A stretch of 64,000 nt of DNA from a virus (Duplodnaviria > Caudoviricetes). Under the pieces are notes generated by a model. It did not search any database and was not told where the DNA came from. It saw only the letters and a program-made list of their open reading frames with translations. The DNA lies in IMG/VR virus record IMGVR_UViG_3300045413_000192, positions 1,077 through 65,076 of that record. The stretch is one strand, 5' to 3'. Both the position numbers and the translations under genes were made by a program. Numbering within the stretch: position 1 is the stretch's first letter; every line of letters begins with the position of its first letter. Shown here piece by piece: positions 44,419 through 54,142 of the stretch.

Positions 44419-45180
44419 ATGAAACTCCTCAAATTTTCTACTGGCAACGGCAAGCTTAAGAACCGTCTAATCTTTTCCTTGCCGTCAGGTTACGCCTGTC
44501 CAAACGCTGGTGTTTGCAAGACATTTGCTGACCGTAACACAGGAACTATTATTGATCTGCCTCAGCTCACGGGTACGCAAGCAGACGAGTTTCGCTGCTT
44601 CTCTGCCATGGCGGAGGTGCGACCTAATGTACGGGAAGCACGTTGGTACAATTGGGATCTGTTGCGTGAAATCATGTACGGCGATGGTGATCAGGCTGTT
44701 TTGCTAAGTGATTTGATTGATCTTTCGCTTACTATGTTTCCGCCTAAGGAACTGGTAAGAGTCCATGAGGCCGGTGACTTCTGGACTGAGGTTTACATGA
44801 AGGCTTGGATGATGACTGCAGCCAAACGCCCCAAACAAAAGTTCTACGCTTACACCAAGTCTCTGGGTATGTGGATTAACTTGGCTAATCACATCCCACC
44901 AAACTTCTATCTCACTGCATCTTACGGTGGGACTCTTGATTATCTAATCGCTAAGCACCCCAAGGTGTTCCAGCGGATTGCTTATGTTGTTTACACAGAG
45001 GATGAAGCAGCTGCCCGTGGCTTGGAGATTGATCATGACGACAGTCATTGTTTGGGTGATAAGCCATTTGCATTGCTGGTTCATGGCAGCCAACGCGCTG
45101 GTAGCAATGCATCCAAAGCAATTGCTAAACGCAAAAAGGACGGTGGATTTGTGGGATACGGCAAAACAAATCGAAAGTAA
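44419..45180 (+). CDS. GP88-like protein
   Basis: GNGKL...FSLPSGYACP...C...RCFSA...VRVHEAGDF...FYAYTK. Confidence 0.7.
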   Translation: MKLLKFSTGNGKLKNRLIFSLPSGYACPNAGVCKTFADRNTGTIIDLPQLTGTQADEFRCFSAMAEVRPNVREARWYNWDLLREIMYGDGDQAVLLSDLIDLSLTMFPPKELVRVHEAGDFWTEVYMKAWMMTAAKRPKQKFYAYTKSLGMWINLANHIPPNFYLTASYGGTLDYLIAKHPKVFQRIAYVVYTEDEAAARGLEIDHDDSHCLGDKPFALLVHGSQRAGSNASKAIAKRKKDGGFVGYGKTNRK

Positions 45181-45243
45181 TTCCGTAACCCTTGCGTTGT
45201 CATTTAAATCGGATATTATCTGAGCGTTCTTACAACATCTGCC

Positions 45244-45477
45244 GTGAGTTACGTCATTGCTACTTGGAAACATGGGATTCCACACGCTATTACTGCGTGT
45301 AATAAATCCAATCAATTTCTTCTTGTTCCATTAGACTCTGACGTAGCTTTAAACAAAATTTTTTCCCATCCTTATCAGACTGGTGCACAACAAATCTTGA
45401 CGTGGATTAATGAAAATAATGTCGAACTGTCCCGCGAAGAACTCTCTATTCAAGATGAAGCCCGATTCCGTAAGTGA
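45244..45477 (+). CDS. Hypothetical protein
   Basis: GTG start after a TTGCGT-16-TATTAT promoter-like sequence. Confidence 0.55.
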   Translation: MSYVIATWKHGIPHAITACNKSNQFLLVPLDSDVALNKIFSHPYQTGAQQILTWINENNVELSREELSIQDEARFRK

Positions 45478-48070
45478 AACGTGGCTTATTTTTGATTTGG
45501 AATCCGACAACCTTTACGATTCCGTCACAGTCACCCATTGCATTGTGCTTTATGACATTGGACGCAAACAAACTTTTACTTATGGGCCTGATCACATTGC
45601 TGATGCTCTTGCTCATCTGGCAACCGCTGATGTTCTAATTGGTCACAACATTATCTTTTATGACCTACCAGTCCTACAAAAACTGCATTCATTTGCCACC
45701 AAAACACGCATTATTGACACGCTTATTTGTACACGTTTGATCTGGCCCAAGGAACTTCTTTATGACCGCGACACAGAACAATATACGCAGGTTCCAAAGA
45801 ACCTACGTGGATCCGCATCGCTTAAAGCATGGGGATGGCGCTTGGCCGATCATAAGATCGACTTCAAGGACTTCTCCGTCTATTCCGAAGAGATGCTTAA
45901 GTACTGCGTCCAAGACGTGGAAGTTACTAAGAAACTTTGGGAACACATTTGTAAACAACACTATTCAGAAGCGGCACTCAAACTTGAACACGACTTTGCT
46001 TTGGCGATTAACAAACAAATTCGATCAGGTGTTTCTTTTGATCTTGATGCAGCTCTTGATCTTGTGGATGTATTACGTGCAAGACAAAAAGAACTTGAAG
46101 ATAAGTTAAAACAAATCTTTCCGCCTATTACACACAGTGATTGGTTTACACCCAAGGTTAACAATACAAAACGTGGTTATGTCAAAGGAGTACCGTTTGA
46201 AAAAATCCGAATTGAAGAATTCAATCCTGGATCTCGTCAGCAAATTGCTGATCGACTTGCCCAAAAGTACGGATGGAAACCAGAAAAAACAACTAAAAAA
46301 GGAAATCCAATCCTGGATGATGATGTTTTAGAAACACTGCCCTATCCAGAAGCTAAACCTTTGGCAGAATACATGTTAATTAAAAAACGTCTTGGGCAAA
46401 TTGCTGATGGCAACAATGCTTGGATCAAACTATTTAACAATGAATCTGGTTGTATCCACGGCGACCTTATTACTAACGGTTGCATTACTGGGCGCTGTGC
46501 ACACCGTAATCCAAATATGGGCCAAGTCCCTGCAGCTTACTCCCCATATGGAAAAGAATGTCGCAATTTATTCCATGCTCCTTACTCTTGGGACCTCATT
46601 GGTATTGATGCTAAAGCACTTGAGTTACGTTGCCTCGCTGGATACTTTGCACTATGGGATAACGGAGAATATGCATCTCTTGTTGTAAATCCTAAAGTTG
46701 ATATTCATACGTATAACCAAGAACAGTTTGGTGTTGCAACCCGCGATATTTCAAAACGCTTGTTATACGCTTGTGTGCCATCTGACATCACTACTGTATT
46801 AACAAAAGAAGGTTGGAAAAAATATGATGAACTTAAGGTTGGTCAACTTGTATTAACTTATAACGAAGAAAAAGAAATTAAAGAATGGAAACCTATTCTT
46901 GAAATTATTCCTGAACATGAAGATGGTGTTTGGCAAATGGAACACAATCATTCATTTAAGGTGCAAGCTACAGCTGATCATCGTTGGTATGTAAAACAAC
47001 GTAAAGCAAATAAAGATAGTTCTTGTGGTTGGTTTACTGGCAATAAACAACGCCGTTATATGGAGCCCGAAGTGCGCACTACGGCAACAATTAATACTGA
47101 ATCAAACATTGTTGTTAATGCGCCGTTGGTTGATTTAGATTCTTCTGGTATAACTATTCAGTGGCAATGGCGTAAATACGGCACTAATTGGAGTTCTATT
47201 GTTTTGCAAATGAACTCGAATCAACGAAAAGCTTGGTTGTCAGGTTTTATGCTTGCTGATGGTTTTCAATCTTGTAAATTAAATCAAAAAGAAAAATGGC
47301 ATTGGACTCAAGTACGTAATGAGCATTTTGAAGCTGCTTTACTTGCATCTTATTTGGAATTTCCTGGTGTTATTCATGTTGCAAAACCAAGATTAAATTC
47401 AAGTGGAACAGTGCAGATGCATGTAAGCATTGCAAATAAGGGACATGTAACGGGACAAAAATTGCAAAAAACTTTTGTTGGAAAGAAAAAAGTTTTTTGT
47501 ATTCGAACGGAAAATAAATCTTTTGTAATGCGCCAAGGGGATTGCATTACAATTACGGGTAATTGTTTGTATGGTGCAGGCGCTTTAAAGATGGGTACAA
47601 TTATTAATCCGGATGAAAAAAATGAATTACTTCTGCGTCAACTAGGAAGTAATGCAATTAATTCATTCATGAAAGGTGTACCCGCATTAAAAAAACTTAA
47701 ACAACAGATCGATGAAACTATTGGATCCCGGGGTTATTTACGTGGTCTTGATCGTCGCATTCTCCACTGTCGCTCTGCGTTCAAAGGATTGAATGTGCTC
47801 TTGCAATCAGCAGGTGCCATCCTCATGAAACAAGTTGTGGTCTTTACGCACCGCAACATCGAACAAAATCTTGGCTTGGTCTACGGCCAAGATTGGCAAC
47901 AACTCTTAATGGTCCATGACGAAATACAAATTGCTTGTCACCCTGATTACACTGACAAAATCAGGGAGCAAGCTATGATGGCATTCCCCCAGGCTCAAGA
48001 ATTTTTTGGGTTCAACTGCTTAATCGAAGGCGATTCACGCGTTGGTAAAACCTGGGCAGACACCCATTAA
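45410..48070 (+). CDS. polA: Family A DNA polymerase (T7-like, with 3'-5' exonuclease) containing an intein
   Basis: Exo motifs FDLESD, GHNIIFYD and YCVQDV. Also TGR, motif A IDAKALELR, motif B K..LYA|CLYG and motif C VHDE. The true start is probably slightly downstream. Confidence 0.95.
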   Translation: MKIMSNCPAKNSLFKMKPDSVSETWLIFDLESDNLYDSVTVTHCIVLYDIGRKQTFTYGPDHIADALAHLATADVLIGHNIIFYDLPVLQKLHSFATKTRIIDTLICTRLIWPKELLYDRDTEQYTQVPKNLRGSASLKAWGWRLADHKIDFKDFSVYSEEMLKYCVQDVEVTKKLWEHICKQHYSEAALKLEHDFALAINKQIRSGVSFDLDAALDLVDVLRARQKELEDKLKQIFPPITHSDWFTPKVNNTKRGYVKGVPFEKIRIEEFNPGSRQQIADRLAQKYGWKPEKTTKKGNPILDDDVLETLPYPEAKPLAEYMLIKKRLGQIADGNNAWIKLFNNESGCIHGDLITNGCITGRCAHRNPNMGQVPAAYSPYGKECRNLFHAPYSWDLIGIDAKALELRCLAGYFALWDNGEYASLVVNPKVDIHTYNQEQFGVATRDISKRLLYACVPSDITTVLTKEGWKKYDELKVGQLVLTYNEEKEIKEWKPILEIIPEHEDGVWQMEHNHSFKVQATADHRWYVKQRKANKDSSCGWFTGNKQRRYMEPEVRTTATINTESNIVVNAPLVDLDSSGITIQWQWRKYGTNWSSIVLQMNSNQRKAWLSGFMLADGFQSCKLNQKEKWHWTQVRNEHFEAALLASYLEFPGVIHVAKPRLNSSGTVQMHVSIANKGHVTGQKLQKTFVGKKKVFCIRTENKSFVMRQGDCITITGNCLYGAGALKMGTIINPDEKNELLLRQLGSNAINSFMKGVPALKKLKQQIDETIGSRGYLRGLDRRILHCRSAFKGLNVLLQSAGAILMKQVVVFTHRNIEQNLGLVYGQDWQQLLMVHDEIQIACHPDYTDKIREQAMMAFPQAQEFFGFNCLIEGDSRVGKTWADTH
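46772..47563 (+). mobile_element. Intein (264 aa) in polymerase motif B
   Basis: Starts CVPSDITTVLTKEGWK, block B TADHRW, ends CITITGN with +1 Cys. One LAGLIDADG-like motif (WLSGFMLADG). Visibly more AT-rich than the flanks. Confidence 0.92.
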
Positions 48071-48122
48071 CGCCTTGTCCCAGGCATGACACTAAACTGC
48101 TTTCCACCCTACTTCTGTACCA

Positions 48123-48938
48123 ATGAACTTCTTTGCCGGTTGCGCTCAACTTCTTGAAGATCCTCGGGAAGTTTTTACTGGCGCCAACTCAACTGCTATG
48201 CGTTGCATGATTAGCCTGCCGGCAGTCAGCACCAAGAAAGCAGATACTCCCATCGAACTTAACATTTACGGTAAGACGGCTGAACGTTTTGCTCGTTTGA
48301 AAAAGTACATGGGAATTTATCTGCATGATGCCATGTTGCGCTATGACTTAGATACCAGGCAGCTCTCGCTCCATGGCGGTGTGGTTGGCTTAGTTAATGC
48401 CGAAACATTTCCCATCTTAAACACTGTCATCCTTAGTGGACGCTGTGTTAAAGATGTTAATCATGAAGATGAACGTGCATTTAAAACCACGCCAAGTGGT
48501 TTGATGATTTGTAACCAGACGCTTGCTGTTAATACTGGGCGTAACCAATCGGATCTTTTTAACTTCTACGCCATCAATAGTGTGGAAGATAAACCTAACT
48601 ACGCAGAGCTTCTGTGTAATTTTACTCGCAAGGGAACTGGCCTTACCATTAAAGGACGGTTGGTCACTGACTCTTGGATTGACAAAGATTCAAAAGAAAA
48701 AAAGATTCAAACCAAAATTGAACTTAAGAAGATGACGCTGTCTCCCAAGGGGGCAGACGGTAGTAATACCATTCAAGTTCAAACAACTGTTGCATCAGAA
48801 CAAAGTGTTGGCTCACTGTGGGGTGGTCGCACCATGGATGAACAACCTGATCCCTGGGGTCATGGCAACAGCGGATTACCTGATCTACCTGGTCAATACG
48901 GAGATCCCAGCAAAGAAGACGACGACGCTCCGTTCTGA
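48123..48938 (+). CDS. ssb: Single-stranded DNA-binding protein with tandem OB folds
   Basis: LNTVILSGR...LAVN...F..KGTGLTIKGRL....W.DK plus an N-terminal second OB-like domain. Tail DDDAPF. Confidence 0.85.
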   Translation: MNFFAGCAQLLEDPREVFTGANSTAMRCMISLPAVSTKKADTPIELNIYGKTAERFARLKKYMGIYLHDAMLRYDLDTRQLSLHGGVVGLVNAETFPILNTVILSGRCVKDVNHEDERAFKTTPSGLMICNQTLAVNTGRNQSDLFNFYAINSVEDKPNYAELLCNFTRKGTGLTIKGRLVTDSWIDKDSKEKKIQTKIELKKMTLSPKGADGSNTIQVQTTVASEQSVGSLWGGRTMDEQPDPWGHGNSGLPDLPGQYGDPSKEDDDAPF

Positions 48939-49049
48939 TAACAAACCTTAATGTGCCAAGACGTTTGGTCGGCTCTAGACTAAGCGTCCGTCCTGGGATG
49001 ACGTTAAAAGCACCATGTCAAAATTCACGCTTTAACCACGCATCAAGTC

Positions 49050-50078
49050 ATGCCTACTACCAAAGCAATCACCAAAGCTGCATCCAGTGGCACCATCACT
49101 GAGCGGAGTGCCAACTCTTTTCTTATGTTTAAGGAGCCTGACTTTGTCACCGGAGTCCAGCCCCTTGGCACCCTCCAGCCCCTGATCAACGGTAGTGATG
49201 GTGGGTTCTTTGTCAAGATGGAAACCGTCAATGCTTGCCGTTGGCTGGCACAAAAGGAAGACTTTCATCCTGATGATGTTATCTGGAATCACAACCACCG
49301 CTTCAACAACGGTGCACGTGAGTTAGGGCACTTCTTTACCAGGCCTCGTCTCCAAATCATCCACATTTCAGACATCCTGATCTGCGAGGAAGGCCAAGAT
49401 ACCAAGCAACGCATTGTTGGTGATTTCAGTAAAGATGAATACGGTAACTATCGCTATCCCGATGCTGTTTCTGTCTTTGAATCCGATAAGCAAGAGTTTA
49501 TTGAAGGTCGTCGTAAGTCCCGTCGTTTCAATACTCGTACCAAGTATCTGGTGCGTTTACTGACAAAGGAGAACCGTCCTGCACATGAGGCTCCAATTGT
49601 CCTGACCACCAAGGGTCTGGTTAGTGTTGAGATGAGCAAGCACATCTCTGAGTTCCGTAAGGAAATGGAGAAGTGCTTGAGCACCTATCTCGACATGATG
49701 GCGATGACATTTGAAAACAAGTTCCATGTGACTTGTGTCTTCTGTCCTACGCTCATTGTCGATAACCGTGGTGAACAGAACGTGCCTGTTGTTTGTGTAG
49801 AGGAATTTGTTGGTCCTAGCTGTAGCACCAAAGAAGAAGCCTTTGCTTCTCTAGCTGCTCTTACAATTCCTGATGAAGATCGTGAAAAGGTATGGGAGAT
49901 CATGACCAATCCGTATTTTGCGGATTACATCAACATCCACAGCAAGCAAGATGGCATTAAACTTAATGGCGCTTATGGTCTGGCGGATGGTGTTTCTCTC
50001 AAGCCTGCTGGTGTAATTGATGCACCTGCATTGCCTGCGGTTAGCAACGATACTGGAGAAGATAGTAGCTTAATGTAA
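49050..50078 (+). CDS. Hypothetical replication/recombination-module protein
   Basis: 342 aa after ssb, preceded by a P-III element. Confidence 0.7.
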   Translation: MPTTKAITKAASSGTITERSANSFLMFKEPDFVTGVQPLGTLQPLINGSDGGFFVKMETVNACRWLAQKEDFHPDDVIWNHNHRFNNGARELGHFFTRPRLQIIHISDILICEEGQDTKQRIVGDFSKDEYGNYRYPDAVSVFESDKQEFIEGRRKSRRFNTRTKYLVRLLTKENRPAHEAPIVLTTKGLVSVEMSKHISEFRKEMEKCLSTYLDMMAMTFENKFHVTCVFCPTLIVDNRGEQNVPVVCVEEFVGPSCSTKEEAFASLAALTIPDEDREKVWEIMTNPYFADYINIHSKQDGIKLNGAYGLADGVSLKPAGVIDAPALPAVSNDTGEDSSLM

Positions 50079-50118
50079 CAACTAAACCAAACACCTCGTT
50101 TAAGTTGTTGCAGAGGAT

Positions 50119-50388
50119 TCATCTCTCTGATCCAAGCTTAATCTCTGGGTTGGCCAAATCATCTTGTTCAACAGATTTGTTTTGGAAGATGAATAAATCT
50201 TGGATCAACCCACGAATTACACCTTGACGCATAGTAGCAATCCTTGCTAAAAGGGTTGCTATTTCTTTTAAGTCTCCTATCGAATTACATTCTTTGATGA
50301 GGCGCTTTAACCTTTCTTCCCAAAATTTATCATCAAGTGATGGTTCAATTTGGAATGTAGCCAAAGGCACGTACTTAATTTCTTTCAT
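50119..50388 (-). CDS. Small protein (NblA-like helical hairpin, uncertain)
   Basis: SLDDKFWEERLKR.I..C.SI.DLKEIA..L..I...RQ..IR.L resembles the cyanophage nblA-like pattern. Confidence 0.45.
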   Translation of the reverse strand: MKEIKYVPLATFQIEPSLDDKFWEERLKRLIKECNSIGDLKEIATLLARIATMRQGVIRGLIQDLFIFQNKSVEQDDLANPEIKLGSER

Positions 50389-50469
50389 GAAATGTATTCA
50401 GTTGTTACTTAATTTTACTTCTACAGTAAACCTTCAAATGCATCTTCATGATGTATTAACAATCACACC

Positions 50470-50673
50470 ATGAAACCAGAACACAAGGCGGTTATTAAAA
50501 CGGCAGGTACCTTTGGCGTCATTGGCGCAAGTGCGTTGTTTGTTCTTGGTAATCCAGTTGCTTGGGCGGCGCTTGCTTTCGGTACGTATCGAATTGGTCA
50601 AGCTGTTTACCGCAAGGAACAACAGCGTGCTAAGCTCCAGGCGTCAGGAAGAGATCCCGATCTGTTCATCTGA
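50470..50673 (+). CDS. Small membrane protein
   Basis: Hydrophobic central segment. Confidence 0.55.
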   Translation: MKPEHKAVIKTAGTFGVIGASALFVLGNPVAWAALAFGTYRIGQAVYRKEQQRAKLQASGRDPDLFI

Positions 50674-50699
50674 CACATTCCACACCACACTAATTTGCC

Positions 50700-51680
50700 A
50701 TGCCTGAAACTCTGCTTGAACTCAATGAAGCTCAAACGCTCATCTACACACGGTCGAATATACGCCGTGCGTTCTCGGACTTTGATGACACCGATGTCGC
50801 GGGCATCTACCTTCTTAATGATGTTTGCCGCGTGCTTTACCGTGATGGTAGCCAAGTTGATTTTGCGCGCCAACCAATAAAAGACGCCTTTGTTTCTTTT
50901 ACCCACAGACTCAAAGACTTCTTTTCATACTTAGGTCCCAACTACAGAGGACCAAGTGTCTGGCATCAAAACGCGTACGTCATGTTCAAGGGGTGGAGTT
51001 ACATCCATTCCCTTGGTGCCAATACCGTTAATGCCAGGTTGCAGTCCCAGTGGGCAGACAAGTTCATTCGTATTTCTGATGCCGAACAACTCAAAGCCCT
51101 TATTCAGTCTGACCAAACCGACATTGGCTATTTGGTTGCGCCTGACGGGTTTCGCCTTGACGATAGGCCCGTGGACCTGGACGGTGAACTGGACGATAGC
51201 CAGGAGCAAAGGACCAGCTTTGGCGAGCCTAGTTGCTCATGTGGGTCCTTTCAACGCCAGCTCAATTATCTATCGAGTTTACAGGCGGAAATCTCCGGAT
51301 ACAAACCCTGGTGTATCCACCTGACTTGGTTCAATAAATATCGGGATCTACTGTGCAAACGCACAGAAATTCGTAATGCATGTCCTGCTTATGCACCAGA
51401 TAAATGTGTGGCCTGGTGGTATGCACCACCTGAGGATGCCACCAGTAATGGACGATTTCTTTTGTTGCACACCAAACATGGAGCACAGGCGCCGCTAACC
51501 CATTGGCGTAACTACAAACCCAAGGAGGTCTTTACTCAACACGATGCCTGGACTTTATTTGATAACATGTTAGATTCAGGCTACGTACCATTTCCTGGAG
51601 TAGCATTGCCACAGCTTAAAACCACAAAGAAAACCAATGCTGACAACGTGGGTCAACAAACTTCAGCTAGAAGTCAGTGA
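50700..51680 (+). CDS. SWIM zinc-finger protein
   Basis: CSCGSF...KPWCIH. Confidence 0.7.
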   Translation: MPETLLELNEAQTLIYTRSNIRRAFSDFDDTDVAGIYLLNDVCRVLYRDGSQVDFARQPIKDAFVSFTHRLKDFFSYLGPNYRGPSVWHQNAYVMFKGWSYIHSLGANTVNARLQSQWADKFIRISDAEQLKALIQSDQTDIGYLVAPDGFRLDDRPVDLDGELDDSQEQRTSFGEPSCSCGSFQRQLNYLSSLQAEISGYKPWCIHLTWFNKYRDLLCKRTEIRNACPAYAPDKCVAWWYAPPEDATSNGRFLLLHTKHGAQAPLTHWRNYKPKEVFTQHDAWTLFDNMLDSGYVPFPGVALPQLKTTKKTNADNVGQQTSARSQ

Positions 51681-51870
51681 AGACCATGAAGATGGTGGCT
51701 GCACTATTACAATTGAATGGGATGAAAATGATCCTGACTTGGACGAATGGACAAGCTGGGGTCCTGAAAAGCAAAAAGCTTTTGTAATTGAAACTTTGTC
51801 TAACGCTGTTAGCGATGCTTTAGCTTCTACTATTAACAATGTCTCTGCCACTGAATCTCATGTCGTTTGA
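51637..51870 (+). CDS. Small acidic protein
   Basis: DG..TI.IEWDE.DP....W motif. Confidence 0.6.
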   Translation: MLTTWVNKLQLEVSEDHEDGGCTITIEWDENDPDLDEWTSWGPEKQKAFVIETLSNAVSDALASTINNVSATESHVV

Positions 51871-52228
51871 CACCTACGGTTTGCCTGAAGAAAAGTTTCT
51901 GGAATACGTCAGTATCCAGTCACGATTAATCCTGCGTTCACTTAAAACATTGCACTGTGTTGCAGAAGAAGAGGACGTAAAGCTTGGCGCCTTTGGTTCC
52001 AAATTTATTTGGGATGTACTCCAAGAAGCTGGCTACGGTGCTGATGATGCCTGCCGCGTTCAACAACGAGAGGATGACCCAGAAGAAATCAAGCGGCGCA
52101 GCTATGACCCCATGGTCTTGCCCACCCGTGAAGACATGATGGCAGAAATTCAATCCCTTAATGCCAAGATGGAAGCCATTACAGATTACCTTGCCAGCTT
52201 GGTTAAGCTTAAAGACGAAACTGGTTGA
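51860..52228 (+). CDS. Hypothetical protein
   Basis: In-operon ORF with a C-terminal coiled coil. Confidence 0.6.
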   Translation: MSFDTYGLPEEKFLEYVSIQSRLILRSLKTLHCVAEEEDVKLGAFGSKFIWDVLQEAGYGADDACRVQQREDDPEEIKRRSYDPMVLPTREDMMAEIQSLNAKMEAITDYLASLVKLKDETG

Positions 52229-52294
52229 CAGCCCTGGTAGACTAACCGTCCTGGTCATGACGTTAAACTGACCAGTCCATCAACACACCATTCC

Positions 52295-52408
52295 ATGTTT
52301 GACTTCATCCTTTCTTCCATTGCTTCTGTTCTTCACGATCTTCTTTGGACAGCAGCCGCAGCGCTGCTGGCCTTTACCCTTAACAAAATTCAATCTCATT
52401 TCAATTAA
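52295..52408 (+). CDS. 37-aa membrane peptide
   Basis: MFDFILSSIASVLHDLLWTAAAALLAFTLNKIQSHFN, after a P-III element. Confidence 0.55.
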   Translation: MFDFILSSIASVLHDLLWTAAAALLAFTLNKIQSHFN

Positions 52409-52410
52409 TC

Positions 52411-52653
52411 ATGTATCAAGAACTTTCTGAACATGAAAAAGCTTACAGGCGTGGGCTTGATCAAGGTGTTGCTCTTTTTGCTTATGCAATAGGAATTGAT
52501 AACAATTCTTTGCAGGACACAAGCTTTAAACAAAAAGTAAAACAATTTAGAGCAGGAAAACTTAAAAGTGCAGACAGCCTGTGGGATATGCCTGCCGTTG
52601 AATTGCTAGAGCTTCAACTCCTTGTTAAAAAACTACTAACAACCAAATCATGA
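52411..52653 (+). CDS. Hypothetical protein
   Basis: Coupled ORF. Confidence 0.55.
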   Translation: MYQELSEHEKAYRRGLDQGVALFAYAIGIDNNSLQDTSFKQKVKQFRAGKLKSADSLWDMPAVELLELQLLVKKLLTTKS

Positions 52654-53369
52654 CTCAAATTACCCACACTAAACTCAAGGAACTAAATGTCATTCAGCTT
52701 TACGAGCACTATGGTGCCCTGGAACGCTCTCTTCCTCTCCTCACTCCTGAGTCCCAGGACTTGGCAAAGGCGGAGCTGGAAACTTGTCTTACCCTGCGGT
52801 CTGAAAAGATTGATCGTATTTACTACGCCATGGCTGCCCATGAGGACGCCGTTGAGCGTATCAAAAAAGAAAAGGGTTTGATCCTTAAGTCCCAAAAGCA
52901 TCACGAGTCGCAGGTCGATAATCTTAAGCACTTGCTCAACTATCTTAAGCGGGTGTTGCCAGCTGATACCAATAAGATCACTGGCCGTAACTATCAGTTC
53001 ACCTTGGTCAAGAAAAAAGACTTGACCGTTGAAATTAAATCAGATCCAGAATATTGGTCGTCTGATGAACGTCAACAATTTTGTGTGGAAGAAGAAGTTA
53101 CCACAACGAAAAGAATTGTGTTACGTTCACTGTCAGGGGAAGTCCTTGAAGAAAGGGTAGAACCATCCAGTAAAACAAACATTCTTCCGAACCTTGATGC
53201 AATCCGCAACGCCCACCAATCTGGTCAGTTACTCCCCCAAGGAGTCAAGGTCTTTCAAGAATATTCAATACGCAGCAGCAGAATCTATGGAAAATCCTCA
53301 ATGGACTTGGCGCCATCCGAGTATCCAGGAGACCTTCTTCCAGAAGATCGATCCGCCGACGACTGCTGA
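52650..53369 (+). CDS. Siphovirus Gp157-like protein
   Basis: EKIDRI......E...IKKE...........LK..L.Y, with C-terminal D.I..A...G....G......SIR. Confidence 0.65.
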   Translation: MTQITHTKLKELNVIQLYEHYGALERSLPLLTPESQDLAKAELETCLTLRSEKIDRIYYAMAAHEDAVERIKKEKGLILKSQKHHESQVDNLKHLLNYLKRVLPADTNKITGRNYQFTLVKKKDLTVEIKSDPEYWSSDERQQFCVEEEVTTTKRIVLRSLSGEVLEERVEPSSKTNILPNLDAIRNAHQSGQLLPQGVKVFQEYSIRSSRIYGKSSMDLAPSEYPGDLLPEDRSADDC

Positions 53370-53607
53370 AGATGCATCTGTTCGGATGAACTGTCATCAG
53401 CATGCCATCAAAGACTTTGATCTCCAACTGGAAATGAATGATCTGGAAATGAACATGCTAAAAGATGGTGGTGGTGATGTCCTTCCATACAACGAAAGTC
53501 GGATGGATGATCTTGAGCAAAAGAAACTCAAGCTGCTACTAGGCAAACGGTTTCACCAAAATGCAGCCCATGCATATTGGTATTACTTGGAGAAGGCCAG
53601 TAAGTAA
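53287..53607 (+). CDS. Hypothetical protein
   Basis: Coiled-coil ORF with probable start MENPQW. Confidence 0.55.
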   Translation: MENPQWTWRHPSIQETFFQKIDPPTTAEDASVRMNCHQHAIKDFDLQLEMNDLEMNMLKDGGGDVLPYNESRMDDLEQKKLKLLLGKRFHQNAAHAYWYYLEKASK

Positions 53608-53642
53608 ACCACCGTAAAATAAGTAAATACATCAGGTGTCCT

Positions 53643-53909
53643 ATGGAGAGAGATCTCACTCAGCTTTATCAACTGCTTGCAGGCTTTACTCAAGATGGGA
53701 CGCCTCTTTCAGCTACGGTTGGTTCCAAGTTGGAATGGGGTGTAACCGTTTTAACTGCTAGCATGCTTGCCAATGAAAACCTGGCGGCAAGTATGGAAGC
53801 AGAAGAAATGGTAGATGCTGCCATTAACTACTACCATTTAATTCAAAAGCGGCTTGGTTATTACCAACAGCATCAAACACATTCCCTTGAGCGGTTGCTG
53901 GGTAATTAA
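53643..53909 (+). CDS. Hypothetical protein
   Basis: ORF with a TAAAAT -10 upstream. Confidence 0.65.
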   Translation: MERDLTQLYQLLAGFTQDGTPLSATVGSKLEWGVTVLTASMLANENLAASMEAEEMVDAAINYYHLIQKRLGYYQQHQTHSLERLLGN

Positions 53910-53944
53910 TTTCTGATAAAGTAATTGGGTCTTTATCTAAATCA

Positions 53945-54142
53945 ATGGATCTTATTGTTGTGCCCAGGTTGACTGTGTCTTTTGCGGTTGAGCTTGAAGT
54001 TGAGTATGATTCGTTTGGCGGCAAAACACCTGAACAATTAGCAGAGACCCTCCAGGATGAAATGGATGATCTGCTCTTTGAAATAAGCCCAGGTGTAGTT
54101 GGCGTCTTCACAACTCTTACTTCAGTAGATTCCAATGGCTAA
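53945..54142 (+). CDS. Small acidic protein
   Basis: In-operon ORF. Confidence 0.6.
   Translation: MDLIVVPRLTVSFAVELEVEYDSFGGKTPEQLAETLQDEMDDLLFEISPGVVGVFTTLTSVDSNG

Noticed and set aside
33663-52275. P-III as a pistol ribozyme (shares CGUC/GACG-UUAAA with pistol P1 and its A-rich strand)
   Set aside because: The pseudoknot closes immediately after UUAAAC, leaving no P2/P3 or catalytic core. Only the triplex-like part is similar.
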